Assembly (NCBI RefSeq): GCF_009834535.1
Contig: NC_045697.1
Coordinates: 90,584,001 to 90,648,000 of the forward strand
DNA: 64,000 nt
Direction of reading: 5' to 3'
Source: Camelus ferus
Taxonomy: Eukaryota
Part shown: in pieces, positions 42,480 through 55,699 of the stretch
Layout: each line of letters starts with the position of its first letter
Numbering within the stretch: position 1 is the first letter of the stretch
The notes under the pieces: generated by a model
What the model was told of the DNA's origin: nothing
The model's input: only the letters and a program-made list of their open reading frames with translations
Database searches by the model: none
Translations under genes and position numbers: made by a program

Positions 42480-43090
42480 GTGTCAGAGGTCCCCAAGACC
42501 ACCTTCATGTTCAGTGGTTCACTAGGACTCAAATAACTCAGAAAAACTATTATACTCATGGTTTATTATTACAAAATGATATAAAGTCAACAAAGGGAAA
42601 AAGTGCACAAGACAAGATCCAGGAGAAACTGGGTGCAAGCTTCCAGTTTTCCTTTCTTAGTAGAGCCACCTGGACAGCACTTAATTCTCCCAGCAATAAT
42701 GTGTGACAACACAATGATGTGTTGCCAAGTAGGGTTGCTCACTTTAGCCATGGTTCCAGGGTTATTTTGGGATTCAGTTGCATAGGCACGTGCAACATGA
42801 CTGACCTTAGCTGCTCAGTCTCTAGCCACTGCCCCACCCCGCAAAAGGTCAAACTCATACAGTTTAGCCCAAGGGCCCAAGTATACAAAGGGGTGTTCAC
42901 CGTAAATCAGTGTCAGTGTAAACTATTTGGTGTTGCCCAAAGGCTCAGGCATACAAAGATACTCTTATTAGGTAGGATATTCCAAGGGCTCAGAAGGTTA
43001 TCTCAAAGGAACTGGTCAAGGGTAGTCTCTTTTACCTGGGGGAAAAAAGAAAGGTTAGATAGAATTTAAGATACACTTTATAAATCTTTA
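42480..43090. mobile_element. Solo LTR, MER21-like
   Basis: Begins tgtcagaggtccccaagaccacc...cactaggactca, resembling MER21 as I recall it. Confidence 0.55.
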
Positions 43091-43423
43091 TGCTACATAT
43101 CATATATGGTTTGGCTTATTTGCTTGTAAGAAGCAAAAACTTACTTCAAGAAAAAGAGGTATTTATTGCAATGATACACTGGCCCTGGAATTTGAACCAA
43201 AAGCAGCTCTAGGGATCAAACTATACTCTTTTATCTTTGTCTCCCAGGTCACTTAGTCTATCTCTGTCTCTAAGCTCTGTGTTTACTCATTATTTCCCAC
43301 TTTTTTTACTTACCTATATATTTTTTTATGTCTTTTAAGTTCTCTGTTAATATCGTAGTGGTCCCTTCTGACCTTTCAGAAGGTTAGAGGTTCTTTACCT
43401 GGGACCCATGTGCTCTAGAGGAA

Positions 43424-43947
43424 TAACTTTAACAGCTCATACAACTTAATAACAAAAACAAACAAACAACCCAAACCAAAAATGAGCAGAAAACCTATAC
43501 AAGCAATTCTCCAGTGAAGACATACAAATGGCCAATAGGCACATGAAAAAATACTCAATGTCACTAATTATCAGAGAAATGCAAATCAAAACTACAATGA
43601 GCTATCACCTCACACCAATTAGAATGGCCATCATTCAAAAGTCCACGAACAATAAATGCTGGAGAGGGTGTGGAGAAAAGGGAACCCTCCTACACTGCTG
43701 GTGGGAATGTAGTTTGGTGCAGCCATTATGGAAAACACTATGGACATTCCTCAAAAAATTAAAAAAAGACTTACCATATGACCCAGCAGTCCTACTCCTG
43801 GGCATATATCTGAAATAAACTGTAATTCAAAGAGATACATGCACCCCAGTGTTCACAGCAGCACAACATACAATAGCCAAGACATGGAAACAACCTAAAT
43901 GTCCATTAACAGATGACTGGATAAAGAAGTTGCAGTGAATATATATG

Positions 43948-43995
<48 letters not shown>

Positions 43996-44475
43996 TACAA
44001 CAGAATACTACTCAGCCATAAAAAAGAATAAAATGCCATTTGCAGCAACATGGATGGACCTAGAGATCATCATTCTACGTGAAGCCAGAAAGACAGATAC
44101 CATATGATACCACTCATATGTGGACTCTAAAAACAAAAAGAAAAAAAGAGGACACTAATGAACTCATCTACAAAACAGAAACAGACTCTCAGACATAGTA
44201 AACAATCTTACGGTTATCAGGGGAAAGGGGATGGGAGGGGATAAATTTGGGAGTTTGAGATTTGCAAATGATAACCACTATATATAAAAATAGATAAACA
44301 AATTTCTTCTGTATAGCAGAGGGAACTATATTCAGTATCTTATAATAACCTTTAATGAAAAAGAATATAAAAACGAATATATATATATATATGCATGACT
44401 GGGGCATTATGCTATATACATCAGAAATTGACACATTATAATTAACTATACTTAATAAAAAATAAATAAAAAACA
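43424..44475 (+). mobile_element. L1 ORF2 C-terminus plus 3'UTR and A-tail, with internal (TG)n
   Basis: ORF 43528-43818 ([43 protein letters not shown]) is the L1 ORF2p Cys-rich C-terminus; premature stop. Confidence 0.93.
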
Positions 44476-44899
44476 AAAGTATATGTTTATATATGTGTGA
44501 TTTGTACTGGAAGAGTATCTATAGCTTTCAACAGTCTCAAAGCCGACTAAAACCTAAAAAAGCTATTTAATATCTTTCCATTTCTGTCCTTACTGCTAAC
44601 TGGCATAGACTTTCAAGACATAAACTCTGGCCCAGCTCCTCTTTTTCTACCAGATTATGTATCGTCTACTAGACTGTGGATTTGCTACTCTGGGGTCAGA
44701 ATCAACCTTTTGGTCTAATTATCTCTTTGTGATTATGACACATGACTGCCTTTACAGTAGAACTTATTTGTTTCACTTAAAAGAAGCCATAGGAGTCTGA
44801 GTACCCTTCATTAAACAAATATTTATTGAAAGCATTACTATTACTCTGGGCAAGGCCCTGTGACTTGCTTTGTAAAATAAAAAAAATGAATCCTGGCCT

Positions 44900-45345
44900 C
44901 AAAAAAATGTAAATAACCCAAATGTCCATGAACTGAAGAATGGATAAATAAAATGTGGTAAATCCATGTAATGAAATATTTGTCAATAAAAAGGAATGAA
45001 GTGCTAACACATGCTGCAATGTGGATGAACCTTGGAAACAAGTTATATGACAGAAGCCAATCACAAAAGATTGTATTCTGTGTTTTTCCATGTATAGGAA
45101 ATATCCTATAGAAATGTTCTAAAATAGGCAAATCTATAGAGACAGAAAGTAGCTTAATGGTTATCTAGGGGGATGGGGAGGACGTGGAGTGAGTGCTGAT
45201 GGGTACAAGGTTTCTTTTTGGGGCGATGAAAATGTTCTGAAACTGATAATGGTTGCACAACTCCATGAATATGCTAACAATCCATTGAATTTAATACTTT
45301 GCATGAGTGAACTGTTTGGTGTATAAAAAATATGTCAATAAGTAA
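44900..45345 (+). mobile_element. Older L1 (L1MB-like) 3' fragment
   Basis: Motifs aaatgtccat..gaatggataaataaaatgtggt and ggcaaatctatagagacagaaagtag. Confidence 0.75.
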
Positions 45346-46529
45346 AAATAATAATTTTGGCCTGAAGACATTTCTTGTCTGTAGAAGGTAAGAGGTTAAG
45401 ACAAGACAGGTACACAAATAACTATAAATGAAGAGTAGAAAGTAATTGTAAATACTGTTAAAAAAAATGAGAATCTGAAACATGATGACACGTTTTACAT
45501 ATTGGTCACATGATTCATCTTTAATTCTCTGAGAGATGAAGTGGGAAGAGAATATGATTACATACAGTTTTGAGTGGATTGGAGATAAGAGATTTCATAG
45601 AAGAAATAGAATTTGAATTAGAGCATAAATCAATAACTTTTTACTTTTAAAAGACAGGAATAAAATTAAAAGATAAGAAGGGCATCCAAGCTAAGAGAAA
45701 ATTGACAGTTCAAAAGCATCTGAGACTTAAAACTGTTGTTAGAAATAAGAGACAGGCAAGCAAGAAACTCAGCTTGATTAGATTCTTACTCACTTTAATA
45801 TATTTAATGGTTACAGTAGCCTTGTACCCTAGATTTTCTATAACAGTGCCAATTCATATACTCCTTATTTCTCCAGTAAGCTCTAGATGTTGAAAAGCAG
45901 TTTACTGGACCTAAGCAGGGCATGTTTCAAATGTTCATCAAAAAGAACCTCAACAGCCCATGTGAACTAGTAGGTCAGAAAGGCCTAACTTATGTGTCAC
46001 TAAACCACAATAAAATGATTTCTGCCAATTTTCATTTTGGCATTTGAACTTAATATACATATTTGAGCTGATTAAATGTATTTCTACTTAAATCACAAAG
46101 TGAAATTGTGGCATTACGATGTATCACTGTCCACCTCCCCTGCCATCAATCAAGGGAACAACTAAAGCCTCTACAGATGCCTAACATTTTAGTCATAACT
46201 AACATATATTGTTAACAAAAAAGTTTATACAGTCTAAGCAGCTGATTATCTTTTGTGGCCTCTTTTGCTAATTTGGGCCACTTTTGCTGGAGGACATTAA
46301 AATATCTTAGAATTTCAGTATGCCAGCATCTAAGCTGTATTTCCCAGACCACCTGGTAAGAAACAAAGGCTACATGGACATGAGCAGTATTTTGGATATT
46401 ATATGTGTTACTATAGCTGTTTACTTATAAGAGCAGGTGGTAAAGCTGGCTCTTTAACCTCTATAAAGATAAGAATTTAAAAATCAGATTCTGTAGTTTA
46501 ATAACCACTTTTTAAATAATATGTTTCAG

Positions 46530-46647
46530 TTCTGGAGGTGGTTTTTGGCAAACCTGGCTTCTGGTGGAGCTGCTGGGGCAACATCCTTATGTGTAGTATA
46601 TCCGCTAGATTTTGCTCGAACCCGATTAGGTGTTGATATTGGAAAAG
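46530..46647 (+). CDS. SLC25A31: SLC25A31 coding exon 3
   Basis: tttcag acceptor, G|gtatgg; [39 protein letters not shown]. Confidence 0.97.
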
Positions 46648-46894
46648 GTATGGGAGTTTTAGAAATACTAACTTTTCCTTCTTTGTGTTTTGAACACTGT
46701 ATTATTTGTTGTAGAGTTATACTGTAACAGCAATGTTGGATACAGTCTAAAAATTTTATTCTCAACCAAATGGTAAAGTTACAGACCCTAAAGATTACTA
46801 CTTTTTTCTTTTCCCTTAAAAGAGGGAAGAGGAAGGTCAACACTGTAGTAACAAAAGAGCAAGGACAAAATCTGCTTATAACTTACTTCTAGGT

Positions 46895-46945
46895 TGTTTT
46901 TGTTTTGTTTTGTTTTGTTTTGTTTTGTTTTGTTTTGTTTTGTTT
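46895..46945. repeat. (GTTTT)n pentanucleotide microsatellite
   Basis: About 10 units. Confidence 0.95.
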
Positions 46946-48745
46946 GAAAGCCGCCTGCTAGATCCCTTACATTTATTGCTGCCTTGACTGTGGCTCCTGT
47001 CTGGATTACCTGTGTAACTCCCATCCTAGAGATTCCCTTTTCTTCTGCCCTTCTTATTTTATTTATCACATCTTACTGTGTTTTTGTTTTGGTAGATTAT
47101 GTTCTTTGGTAGCTTTCTAAAAGCTTTCTGAGAAGGGTGGATAGGAGATAAATTGAGATCTTGCATATCTAAAAATGTCTGTGTTTCACTCTCAGTGTTT
47201 GGCTGTATATAAAATTCTGGTTTTAAAATTTTCTTTCACAATTTTGAAAGAATTTCTCTGGGTTCTAGTTTCTAATACTGCTCTTAAGAAATACTGCTGA
47301 TCCTTTTGTATGTGGCTTGTTTTTCTTTTTAATTACCTTATATCCCTGATGATCTGACATTCACAATGATGTATCTTTGTGTGAGTCGTTTTTAGTACTT
47401 GTGCAGGTAACTCAGTTGGCCCCTTTCAATCTGGAGCCTTATGTTCGGTTATGAGGTTGACAGAGCTTCCTACTCAGGGTGAGGTTGTAGATTTTGAGCA
47501 TACAGGTGCTACTTTGCTCCCACCACAATAGTGCTAAATTCCTCTAATTTTATCTCTTTCTTTGGTTATTGGGGTCAAATGGCTCACTTCTCGAAGATGT
47601 CTCCCTCTGCAAGAAACTAGGTTTCAACTTTTCTCCATTTAGTGAGTTACTGCTCTACCTCCTTTCCATCTTGCTAAAACTTGTGGCTTTTAATCTCTTG
47701 TCATGTACTCTTCTTTGCTTATATGGCTTTAAAACTGTTTTATTCCTTTATTATAATTTTAATAGAATTTATTAAGGGAGCTGAGGTTCATTCAACAAAT
47801 ATTTATTGAGTGCTTGCTGGGAACTAGGCATTGCCTGAGATACAGGATATGTGTGTGTAACACACATGTGCGAACACACACACCATATTAAACATGGAGC
47901 TCATGGTTCATGTACCTTACAGTCTAGTGGAGATCACGAGTAATAAAAAAAAGACTAAAGTTTACTGCCACTTAGCAATAAATGCCATGAAAAAAACTTA
48001 GGAGAAGAGAGTGACATCATTTTAAATGATGAGAGACAATGCCTCAGAAGGGGTGGCATTTGAACAAAGATGAAAATTTGAGTTTCATCTATCATGTTTA
48101 ACTGGCAGCCCAAATTTTCTTGATATTATAAGAAAGTGAAAATAACATATGTATCTTGGTTTAATTTCAATTCGATAGCTTGTTTTTCTCAAAATTGGGA
48201 GAAGTTAGTTTATTTTGAAAGATTGTATTCTATATATAATATTCGTAAAATATTTTCAAGGAGTTCTAGATCAAGGGAAAATAAAGACAAAACTGGCAAA
48301 CACTAGAAAAATATGACACCTTATCTAAAATGTTAGTGATCCTCAAAGTTGCTAGTTTTTAGCTTTGTCTTTTTGCTTTATCTGTCTTTTCACTCTTCAA
48401 CTGAAGGAAGTTGTAGTTTTTCATGCCTAAATATTTTTTGAATGACAACTAGTTACTTCTGGTAATTTTATTAAAATGTTTTAAGCCAGTCAGATTGCTT
48501 GAATTAGATTGCTTTCATAGGAAGTTAATTATTTTCAGTTAAAATCTTTTAAGATACTACTTGAAATCTTATTTATCTTTAAATGAACGGGAAGGTTTTG
48601 ATGTGTGCTTTTTTTTTGTTAGAAGATTCCTAAATGTCAGTTCCAGATAATTTAAATCTGTAAAGTGTTTACATTAATTTACTCTGATTAACGTGTTTAT
48701 CTGATACATAACTTTACTAATAAATTTTAAATGACTTTATTTTAG

Positions 48746-48900
48746 GTCCTGAAGAGCGACAATTCAAGGGTTTAGGTGACTGTATTATGAAAATAGCAAA
48801 ATCAGATGGAATTGTTGGTCTATACCAAGGGTTTGGTGTTTCAGTTCAGGGCATCATTGTGTACAGAGCCTCTTATTTTGGAGCTTATGACACAGTTAAG
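48746..48900 (+). CDS. SLC25A31: SLC25A31 coding exon 4
   Basis: ttttag acceptor, AAG|gtaatt; [51 protein letters not shown]. Confidence 0.97.
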
Positions 48901-50360
48901 GTAATTTGGTGCTTTCAGTAGTATATATTAAATAAATGGTTTGTTTCTTTTTATTGCTCTAATTAGTAATATGTTCAGCTTGTATGTTTACATTTAATTA
49001 TAGAAATCAAAATAAATGATGATATAAGAGACATTATAGCCTTCTGTTTAATCTCTATTTTGCCATAACTTAATTAAATTATAACTGTATTATGGCTCTG
49101 AGTTTGGATGTAAAGCATACATACAAACATTGAGTTTTTGTACAGTTTGTACTGAAAGATTCAAATAGAAAACATGCTAATTAGGCTTATATCATAATTA
49201 AATCTTTGGTATATAGGAAGGCATCTTCTAACAGTTCTTCTGATTTTACATTCACTTTATTATCACTTTTTACATGCATATTATCAGTTTAATATCACTG
49301 GAAAGTAGGCAAGGCATAATTAATTAGTTAAATATAGTAAATGCTACTGTAGCTCAGTTATCTATTGGGTACTATTAGATTCTATACTGTATTCTGTAGG
49401 TTGTTCTGCAATTTGCCTTTTCATTTCAGATTTTAATAGCACTTCAGTAAGGTAGGAAAGAGAAAGATGTAACAATGGCTACCATTTTTTTTAGCTATTA
49501 CTTAGTTTTGGAAACTTGTTAAGTATGCTATGTCCTCGCAGTTGTCTACAAGCTTTTAATATACCCCATTTTAAAGATAAATAACGTAGGAATGGCTAAG
49601 TAAGTGGCAAGCGTAAATCCCATGCTCTTAATCTCTATATGGAAATGCTTCTGAAAGGAAGCAATGAAATTAATGTCAGTATTATTTACTAAGTAAGATT
49701 AAAACTTGAGGGAAATTTTATAATAGTTTTATATTTTATCTCTGCTCTCCATCATTAGTGTAAATGCAGTTGAATGTAGTTTTTACTGTGGTCTGGGCAT
49801 ACTACTTTTAGTTTGTAGTTTATTTTTTAGACAGATTAATAGATAAATGGAAATTAAAGGATCTTATGTATGTTTATTTAATCACAGAAAAATGTATATT
49901 TACTCTCCCTCTGCTTTTCTGTTATCACCTGTGGTAGTTGTGAAATTTAGAATGTTTTTCACTAGCTTAGAGCTTTAAAGCTGCTTATCAAATATCATCT
50001 GTTAATGGTAACAGGCATTCTTTCATCTTTTCCAACTTTATGAGTAGGAACCATGGACTAATTTTTTTGGTCACTGGCTGCTATCTGCCCTAGTTTTCAG
50101 TGCCATTAATAACAGATCTCCTTTAATAGCAAATACGCTATCCTTTTTCAAATATGCTTTAGCCATGTGTGAGATTCTCCTTTCTTGTTGATCTCCTGCT
50201 ATTATTTTAATCTTTCCACATTAAATCCAGCTGGGTTTTTTTTTATTGCATTTTAAATATAATCCAGCCCTCTTTCATATATTTGTAGAATTATACTCTG
50301 ACTGAAGATTTAAGATGTTTTGGAAATTTAGATAGTTACTTGATAATCTTTCTTTTCTAG

Positions 50361-50486
50361 GGCTTATTACCAAAACCAAAGGAAACTCCATTTCTTGTCT
50401 CCTTTTTCATTGCTCAAGTTGTGACTACATGCTCCGGAATACTCTCTTATCCCTTTGATACAGTTAGAAGACGTATGATGATGCAG
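50361..50486 (+). CDS. SLC25A31: SLC25A31 coding exon 5
   Basis: ttctag acceptor, CAG|gtactt; contains the ADP/ATP carrier signature RRRMMM ([13 protein letters not shown]). Confidence 0.97.
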
Positions 50487-51829
50487 GTACTTCTATCTTA
50501 TTTGTAAGCTTAATTGAATTTTTCAGTATCTCTGATATTCAGGTATAAATTATTAAAATTTTAGAGAAATTTTGGCTGAAAGTTATAGGCTGTTTGTTTT
50601 ACTTATTAAAATAAATGCATGCATGACATATTCTGTCTTGCATTCTTTCCTATCCCAAAACAGCCATCATGCAGCAAAGTTTCTTCCATGTCTATTATCA
50701 GAACTGAAATGCCTTTCACTCCTATAGCGTGTATTGTTTGGAGGGAAGAGGAGTATGGCAGAGAATGGATGAGCATGTGTCTATTTTAACTGAATATTAG
50801 ATTAAGTAGAATAAACCCAGTCACAGGCCACTGACATACATAATCATTTGTTGTAATATATTTTAATAAAAGTAAATGATTTTTAACTCCAAGGATGAAA
50901 ACTTGTTTATAATGATGTATGTTCTAAATATAAATCCCCAAACCAAAATTTTGATGCAGTCTCCATTATTGTTATTTGCTACATTCATTCATTCAGCAAA
51001 TAATAACCAAGCTATGGTGACACAAATAAAATAAGGCAGAACCTGCACCCAAATTCATAGCATGGTATTGAACGCATACTGTTAATGGTTTAAATAGAAA
51101 TGTGCATAGGTTCCAGGAATGCAATAGAGGAGGGGTGCCCAAATGCTTAAAGTGATCGGATATGACCTGTTAGAGAGCTAAATCTCAGTAAATAGGTTTT
51201 TTCTCCAGACAGTGAGACAGCATTCTCAGCAGAGGGTAAAAAACATACCTAGAGGTATGGCTTGAGAAGTATTAAGTAGTTCAGTATACCCATATGATAA
51301 ATTTCATGAGGGCAAGTGAAAATAATGAGGCCAGAAAGCTATGTTTATTATGTGCCAGAACTGTCCTAAGCATTTTACACTTTAACTCGTTTAATTCTCA
51401 AAACAATGTTGTGAGGTGTAGTTACTATCAATATCCTTATTATCTTCTACACAATGGTCCTGGAAGAACCCAATAAGCCATCTGAAAGAGTAAAACATAT
51501 CTAACCTATTATGTCATTCATGGAATATTCTTAAAGCTGTTCCTTTTATATCTGTGTTTTCTTCTTGATCTATGTCAAGCTGTAGGTTAATACATTGAGA
51601 AACTTTTTAAAATGGAAAATTAATTTGCATATAGACTGTGGATTAGGTAAATGGTACTACATAAATTTTACATTTTCTGATTTTGATAACTGTACTTTGG
51701 GTATGAAGGAAAATATACTTATTCTTAGAAAGTGCACACTAAAGTGTTTAAACGTAAGGGGCATGATATCTGTAACTTACTATCAAAATAATTCAGAAAA
51801 AAATTGTGTGGGTTTTTAAATATATGTGT

Positions 51830-52125
51830 GCATTGCTGTATGTATAAAACATAGTACCACTGCTGGATGGCTTCAACAACATAAATTTATTTTCTAACAG
51901 TTCTGGAGGTTAAAAGTCTGAATCAAGGGGTCCAGCAGGGTTGGTGTCTTCTCAAATTCCTTTTTCTGTTTCTCTTCTTATAAGGATGGTCATGTTGGAT
52001 TAGGGCCCACCCTAATAAGCTCATTTAACCTTAATTATTTTTATAAAGACTCTGTCTCTAAATATAGTTGTATTCTGAGGTTAGGACTTCAATATATGAA
52101 TTTTGTGGGGACACAATTCATAACA
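51830..52125. mobile_element. MaLR LTR (MLT1-like) relic
   Basis: Motifs aaatttattttctaacagttctggagg and ggattagggcccaccctaat...aggacttcaatatatgaatttt. Confidence 0.7.
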
Positions 52126-52129
52126 GTAT

Positions 52130-53560
52130 TCTTTCAATTTTGTATTTTGATTTTATATCCCACAACTTGTTAAACTCAATATTACAAACCCTAATCTATC
52201 TGTACACCCTTTGAAGTCTGTTTTTATTTTAAATACACACAGGTGTTAAATATAATCTGCAAATCAAACTGGGTTTTTTTCCCTTCCTTATCAGTTATTA
52301 TACCTTTTATTCCTTTTCTTGCCTTTCTGCACTGGTTGAGACCTCTGATTCAATGCTACATGAAAGAAGTAATGACTGGCAACCTGGTTTTGTTCCTAAT
52401 CTTACTAGGAATGCCTTCAGTGTTACAAAGTTTAATGTTAGCTATGGGTTCTTTGTAATTATGCCTTTATCATTTCATGGCTGTTCCTTTCTGTTTGGAT
52501 TACAATAATTTTTAATCATAAATAGTGGTCATGTTTTTTACCTAGATGATCATATCATTTCTCTCTTTTCATATGTTAATATATATTTTATTACATTAAT
52601 TAGTTTTCCAGAGCTAAACCAACCTTATATGCCTGGGATAAATCCAGCTTAGTCATGATTCATGGTATTTTTTTCCCCTTCTGTATTTGATTTGCTAGTT
52701 TTTGTTCATTATCTTTGCATACATGGTTTCTGTGACATTGGAGTGTTGTTTTTCTTTCTTGTGTTATCCTAGTCTAATGTTGGTATCAGACCTATGCAAA
52801 CCTCTAAAAATATGTTGGGGAGTCTCCTCACTTTTTCTCTTCTCTGGAATAATTTCTGTAAAAGTAGAATTAAATGCTCATTGAATGTTTAGTAGAACTC
52901 ACATATAAAGCCATCTGGACATGGGGTTTTCTAATTTATAGGAAGATTTTCAACAACTGATTGAATATCTTCAGCAAATTTAGTATTATTCCAGTGTTTT
53001 AAGGAATTTATCCATTTCTTCTGAGTTTTCAAAATAACTGTCATAAAGTCCTTCATATCATCATCTTGCTCTTTCTTAATCTCTGGGTCATCTGCAGTGA
53101 TGTTCCCCTTGCCACTTGTAACAATTTGGGGGCCTTTTCATGTTTTTCCTGAAATAATGTGTCCAGAAATTTGTCAAAGTATTTCAGATAACTAACTTTT
53201 GACTTTTTATGCTTTCTGTTGGATCTATTGGTTAATTTTAATTTCTCACGGTTAAACTTACCATTCAAGCTGCATCTTACAAATTTAGTTGAGGAGTGGT
53301 TATTATTGGGTTTCAAATTTTTTCTAAGATGTGTTTTTCTTAACATCCAAATGTATTTTTCTAGGTATCTTTTTTGCTATTGACTTCTCACTTAATTGCA
53401 GTGTGGTGAGAGGATAAATCATGGTATGTGATGCCATTTAAAAAAATTTTTAAGCCTAACATATGGTTATTTTTCAAGTTGTGCCTGAAAAGTATGAGTA
53501 TTCTTCAATCAGTGGGTACAATACTCAATATATGACCATTAACTCAACATACTTACTCAA
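52130..53560 (-). mobile_element. Highly decayed L1 ORF2 fragment; boundaries approximate
   Basis: T-rich strand with L1M motifs (gcctgggataaatcc; tagaactcacatataaagccatctggac). Confidence 0.6.
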
Positions 53561-53655
53561 CACAGTGTTAATTGTAATCTGTCCTTAGTGCTGAATAAAG
53601 TCTGTCTTAAGATAAAACACAATAAGATAATGGCAAACTATTTTTCTTTATATAG

Positions 53656-53856
53656 AGTGGTGAGGCTGAACGGCAATATAAAGGAACTTTAGACTGCTTT
53701 GTGAAGATATACCAACATGAAGGAGTCAGTGCATTTTTTCGTGGTGCCTTCTCCAATATCCTTCGTGGTACAGGGGGTGCTTTGGTGTTGGTATTATATG
53801 ATAAAATTAAAGAATTCCTTAATATTGATATTAGAGGTAGTTCATCAGGAGATTAA
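53656..53856 (+). CDS. SLC25A31: SLC25A31 coding exon 6 with stop; spliced CDS 972 nt, 323 aa
   Basis: tatag acceptor; [23 protein letters not shown]...[33 protein letters not shown]; all six exon phases join without a frameshift. Confidence 0.97.
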   Translation, partial: SGEAERQYKGTLDCFVKIYQHEGVSAFFRGAFSNILRGTGGALVLVLYDKIKEFLNIDIRGSSSGD

Positions 53857-54501
53857 ATTGAGAAATGCACATAGTTAACTTATTAAACATAAAAATAACA
53901 TAGCTGCCATTTGTGTATATTTTGATAGTGTGTTATATTACTGTCAGTATTTTCTTAAAGTACTAATTCTGCAATAAAGCATAGGCTTTTTTTTTCAAGG
54001 ATTTAAATACTAGAAATTGGAAAAATGTGGTTTCCTTCCTACTTAGAGTCAAATTCACTTTAATGAGAAATCTTACTTATTATAAGTGGTATATGTTATT
54101 TATATTCATTTAACATCTTTTCTTAACTTTTGTGATAAAAACTAAAATGTATAATGCTAAAATCGAAGAAATTAAAGTATCTCCTTTTAAAATGATACTC
54201 TTTTAAATATAATCTCTCCCCATCTTTTAAAATCATATGATATGACAAATATTTCTTAAAATTAAGCTTATTGGAGATATCATGATAGCTATGGGCATAA
54301 GTAAGCTTTCTTCTGTAACATCTATACTAAGGCAGCTCAGTTATTACTGTGTATAGTGTTTATGGTATCACATAGCTTTTAATAAGCACAGATCCTAGAT
54401 CTGTTCATAAAAAAATTGATAATGACTTTAATGACACTATAAACCTGTAACTGGAAAGGAAAAGATATGAAAATGGCATATCTGCCAACTTTTATCTTTA
54501 A

Positions 54502-54531
54502 AATAAATAAAATCTTGCAAATAAAATCTTG
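54502..54531 (+). terminator. SLC25A31: Cluster of polyadenylation signals for SLC25A31 (proximal alternative at 53973-53978)
   Basis: Three AATAAA hexamers (54502, 54506, 54520) with GT-rich sequence downstream (tagtttgtgtactttgt). Confidence 0.6.
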
Positions 54532-55699
54532 GAACAAAAAATATCCCCTTGAAAATTAGTTTGTGTACTTTGTATTAATGATAATAAAGGAAGTTTAAAA
54601 CTGTTAGTTCTGAGTTTTATTTTCCTTGATTCTGACTTTATTAAGAAGCAGAGAGTATTATTTTTTCAGAATTGGGAACTGGCTTAAAGACAGAAAAGAG
54701 GGTTTCCAGTGTTTTCATACAGGAGTCTGTCTTATTTCTCAGAAATGTTGTAGAAGATAGTACATTTGAAACCCCCAAGACATCAACATTTTAGTGCATA
54801 AAGGAATATTAAACTAATGGGGATAAAATATGGGAAGATTTTTATGAGGCTGTGAGTGGGCAAAACCAAAATGAGGTACATGAACTTCCTGTTGCATAGG
54901 GCAAAGTATCTTTTTAAGAGAATAATCCAAACTATATGTTTTAATATATTAGTGTTATCACTTGAGAAAAAAATTAACTTTTGAAAACTCATGTTTTCTT
55001 ACAGTAATCAACATAAGATAAAGTTACAGAAACAAAATAGAATATGTTTTCCTTTCCTTCTACACTATCAGTTCTGTTTACCATAACAAAAGGAAGATTT
55101 AAGATGGCCCAAAGAAAAGTGATTAAAATAATACAATATTAGGAATAGTCTCCCATATAAAGTAAGAAAAGATGAAAGTTTTCAATTTGTTCAGAGACAT
55201 GCTTAGAGGAAAGAAGTCTTTAAAATCCTGAATGGAATGGATAGAGAGCAAACAGAAATTTAATACTAAATTGCTAGACCAGAAGCCTATTCTTTGAAGC
55301 CTAGGACATGTATATAGTTAGGACAAAAGAAAATAAAATGTTACTTAGGGGACTGAGACTGAACACACCATGCCTACCAACCACACAAACTGTCCAATAA
55401 AGCTGAAAGCTTGGAAGGAGTTTTATTTAACAGAAGCTAAGAAATTAGGCACCAAGCCATAGTAGAGAAGCAGGATTGCCAACCACTTCAAAGCAGTGAA
55501 TAGAAAAAAGAAAGTCATTTGTGAGAAATCAAAATCCCTAGGCTTGTGCCACAAAGTATAAGATATAAACATAAGCAGTATCTGCGATACAGGAACTACA
55601 AACAATTATTAAAAATGTTCTAAGACCAGTGTGACTTCCTCAGGACTCCGATAGAAACAAATACAAAACCCCTTGGACACTTCTGTGACCCAGGGCACA

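Noticed and set aside
43528..43818. 96-aa ORF with Cys/His motif
   Set aside because: Truncated L1 ORF2p C-terminus, not a host gene
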